Below, piece by piece: positions 61,307 to 64,000 of a DNA stretch of 64,000 bases. The notes under the pieces are model-generated. The model did no database searches. It worked only from the letters and a program-made list of their open reading frames with translations, and was not told where the DNA came from. A program made the position numbers and the translations under genes. The stretch lies in NCBI RefSeq assembly GCF_009914755.1, contig NC_060937.1; one strand, given 5' to 3'. This DNA comes from the human T2T-CHM13v2.0 reference genome, Homo sapiens. Position 1 is the first letter of the stretch. Every line of letters begins with the position of its first letter.

Positions 61307-61795
61307 TGTGAAATAAGTTCACAGTGCCCTAGTTACCAACTTCTCTGAGTCTGGTGAGACAGAGCACCCCCCACACACAACAAATTACATAGAGCAGGTT
61401 CATTACTCACAGATAGGCAGCAAGGGACGACAGAAGCCTAGGATCCACCATAAGCCATTCCCCTCAAGCTCTGGAAAGCTGCCCAGGACAGATGGAATCT
61501 TGACTGTGCATGACCCATTTCTATTACAGCTGAGGGACCCTGAAAAGCAGTCTGCCGTGGGCTTTGTACCTAAGGTTTTATGCCCCGGGGAAATGTGAAT
61601 TGCTGGGCTAAAGTGTTGAAGGACATCTTGTTTCTAGGGTAGGGGCGTGAATAGAGTCTGGGCTGTTCTCGCCAGCTCCCCCATCCCAGCACATTCTACA
61701 GCTGTTCTTGAGAACTACAAGTGAGAATGGGGGTAGGGGTGAGAGGTGGGGGAGAACTGGGTCAGTTCAAGATCACAGGGAGGACTGTCCTGAGT
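61307..61795 (-). mobile_element. ERV solo LTR, family unassigned
   Basis: LTR-like body (ttcattactcacagataggcagcaaggg) interrupting L1M sequence. Confidence 0.5.
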
Positions 61796-62335
61796 ATATA
61801 AATGAATCATATCATTTGACTTCTTTTGCTCAGCAATAGTTGGTGAGATTTGATGGTATCAACATTTTAAAGCAAATCTGTCAATTATACTTTTAAATAT
61901 ATCCAATGGAACCTAAATGCCATAGAGATTTGTTATACACTGTCATATTTTACAAATGTATACACAAAAAACCTTTCCTAAACATTGGGAAAATGTATAT
62001 TTCATCTTTCTCCTTGGCCTGAATTTCTATTCTACTTCTCCCATAGAATTTTATCTAGTAAATATAATGGAATTTTATGCTTGAAAGTCTTTAGTACTCA
62101 CTCCATTAAATTTGTTTGCAGTAAAATTATGTCTATTGATTAAAAATCTTGCTTTATTTCTTATGAATATCAGGCTTTTAGTGACAAGAAGTTTATTTTA
62201 TATTTAGTTATAAGTTAAATTAGAATATAATTGATCAAAATAATATATTAATATATTAATATGGAATAATATATTACAAACTTTGATAAATAATAAACCT
62301 AAAACTATATTTTATTAGAATTGTTTCTTAATAGT

Positions 62336-62835
62336 TGTGATAGGCAAAATGCCAGCTACCCAATTATGTTTGTATCTTAGTATCTGGGACCTGTGAATAT
62401 GTTCAGTTATATGGCATAGGGGAATTAGGGTTTAGAAGGAATCAAAGTTGCCAGTCAACTGAACTTGAGATGAGGCTGGGTTGTCTAGGTGGGCCCAGTG
62501 TAATGACAAGGATGCTGATAAGTGGAAGAGGGAGAAAGAAGAGAGAGAACCAGAAAGACAGCAGCATGAGAAGGGCAGCCTCACGTTGCAGGCTTTGAAG
62601 GTGGAGGAATTAGGCCATGAGTCAAGGAACATAGGCAGCCCCTATGCACTGGAAAAGGCAAGAAAATGGATTCTCCCCTAGAATCTCCAGAAGGAAGGCA
62701 GCTCTGCAGACACCGACATTGTGGCCTTCTGAAACCCATTTCAGACTGGCCCCCAGAAATGCAAGATGATCAATTTGCATTGTTTTAAGGCACTCAGTTT
62801 GTCATAATTTGTTATTACAGCAATAGGAAGTGAAT
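62336..62835 (+). mobile_element. MLT1D-like LTR
   Basis: gacctgtgaatatgtt, ggattctcccctagaatctccagaagg and ttgttattacagcaatagg motifs. Confidence 0.75.
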
Positions 62836-63094
62836 TTGATAGTTCAATATGGTCTATTACTAAAATGAGATAGGGCACAGCATCCATTTTATTTTTAATT
62901 CATTTAATAGGAAGTGGAAAATAAAATATTTTATGTGATAAACTGGCATGAGGAGAGACTATGGTCGGAAAAAAATTTTATTATTTAAGTGTCTTGCTGA
63001 TCTGCAAGAAATCATATTAATGTTTTATCAGTGAGTTTGTAAGGAATATGTCAAAAATTTATTCCCAGAAAAATTCTGTTTATATTATTTATTT

Positions 63095-63391
<297 letters not shown>

Positions 63392-64000
63392 TAAAAAACA
63401 ACAACAACAACAAAACCAAAACAAAACAAAAACATCACTGACTCTTACTGCTTATGCTATTTGAAAGTTTTTTCTTTCTGGCTGTTAAAATATCGTAGGC
63501 ATGAGTATTGAGAGCAGCTGAAAATAATTGTTTATGTTTAAAAATATTATAATGAAAAAAGGTACTTCTTGCATTCAATGTTTCTTGTAAATGCTCTCTT
63601 CACTTTGCTCTTTTGAGGACTCTTCGAGATTGGAATATCCTTTCACAATGGTTCAGAATGATGTGGTAATGGAGATAAAAGTTTTTACTCCACCATTTCA
63701 CTCCACTCTAAACTGAAATCAGGACATCCCAACAGGGCTCAACATTTCTACTTTCTTACAAGATAATAGTTGACAGAAATGTGTGTAATGCAGGAAAGAA
63801 ATTGGATCCTATCAGGGTGTCCTATGACATGATTAACCATTAAAGACAGCTCCTCTTTTGCCACCTGGAGGGCTTTTGGTTGGGTAACCACCCTGGTGGG
63901 ACAGCTGCAGTCAGCAGTTCTCTAGAGAAGGCAGGCAGCCCATGAGACTTTAAGAACAAATACCCACAGCAGCTGGGGGTGGCTTCACCAGGCTGAAAAA

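Overview
Primate (most likely human) genomic DNA. The left ~8.3 kb holds the 5' end of TMTC4 on the minus strand: a CpG-island promoter with exon 1, exon 2 ending in the start ATG, and 216-bp coding exon 3. The rest is repeat-dense upstream sequence. It contains a full-length L1PA2-type LINE-1 (31282-37346) with an uninterrupted 1275-aa ORF2 but CGA>TGA stops in ORF1 and ORF0, and an Alu-L1 chimera flanked by one TSD pair (10190-11779). It also contains a decayed ERV1 provirus (21397-30647) with nested THE1, L1 and Alu insertions, plus many MaLR solo LTRs, DNA-transposon fossils and Alus. I found no convincing wholly new biological system. The best leads are a splice-created AUG-GAA-UGA micro-uORF overlapping the TMTC4 start codon, the ORF2-only L1 whose antisense promoter faces TMTC4, the Alu-L1 template-switch chimera, and an MST LTR with a strong splice donor that may be a lncRNA first exon. 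Repeat subfamily names and gene identity come from recalled consensus sequences, not from database searches. Boundaries of old repeats are approximate.
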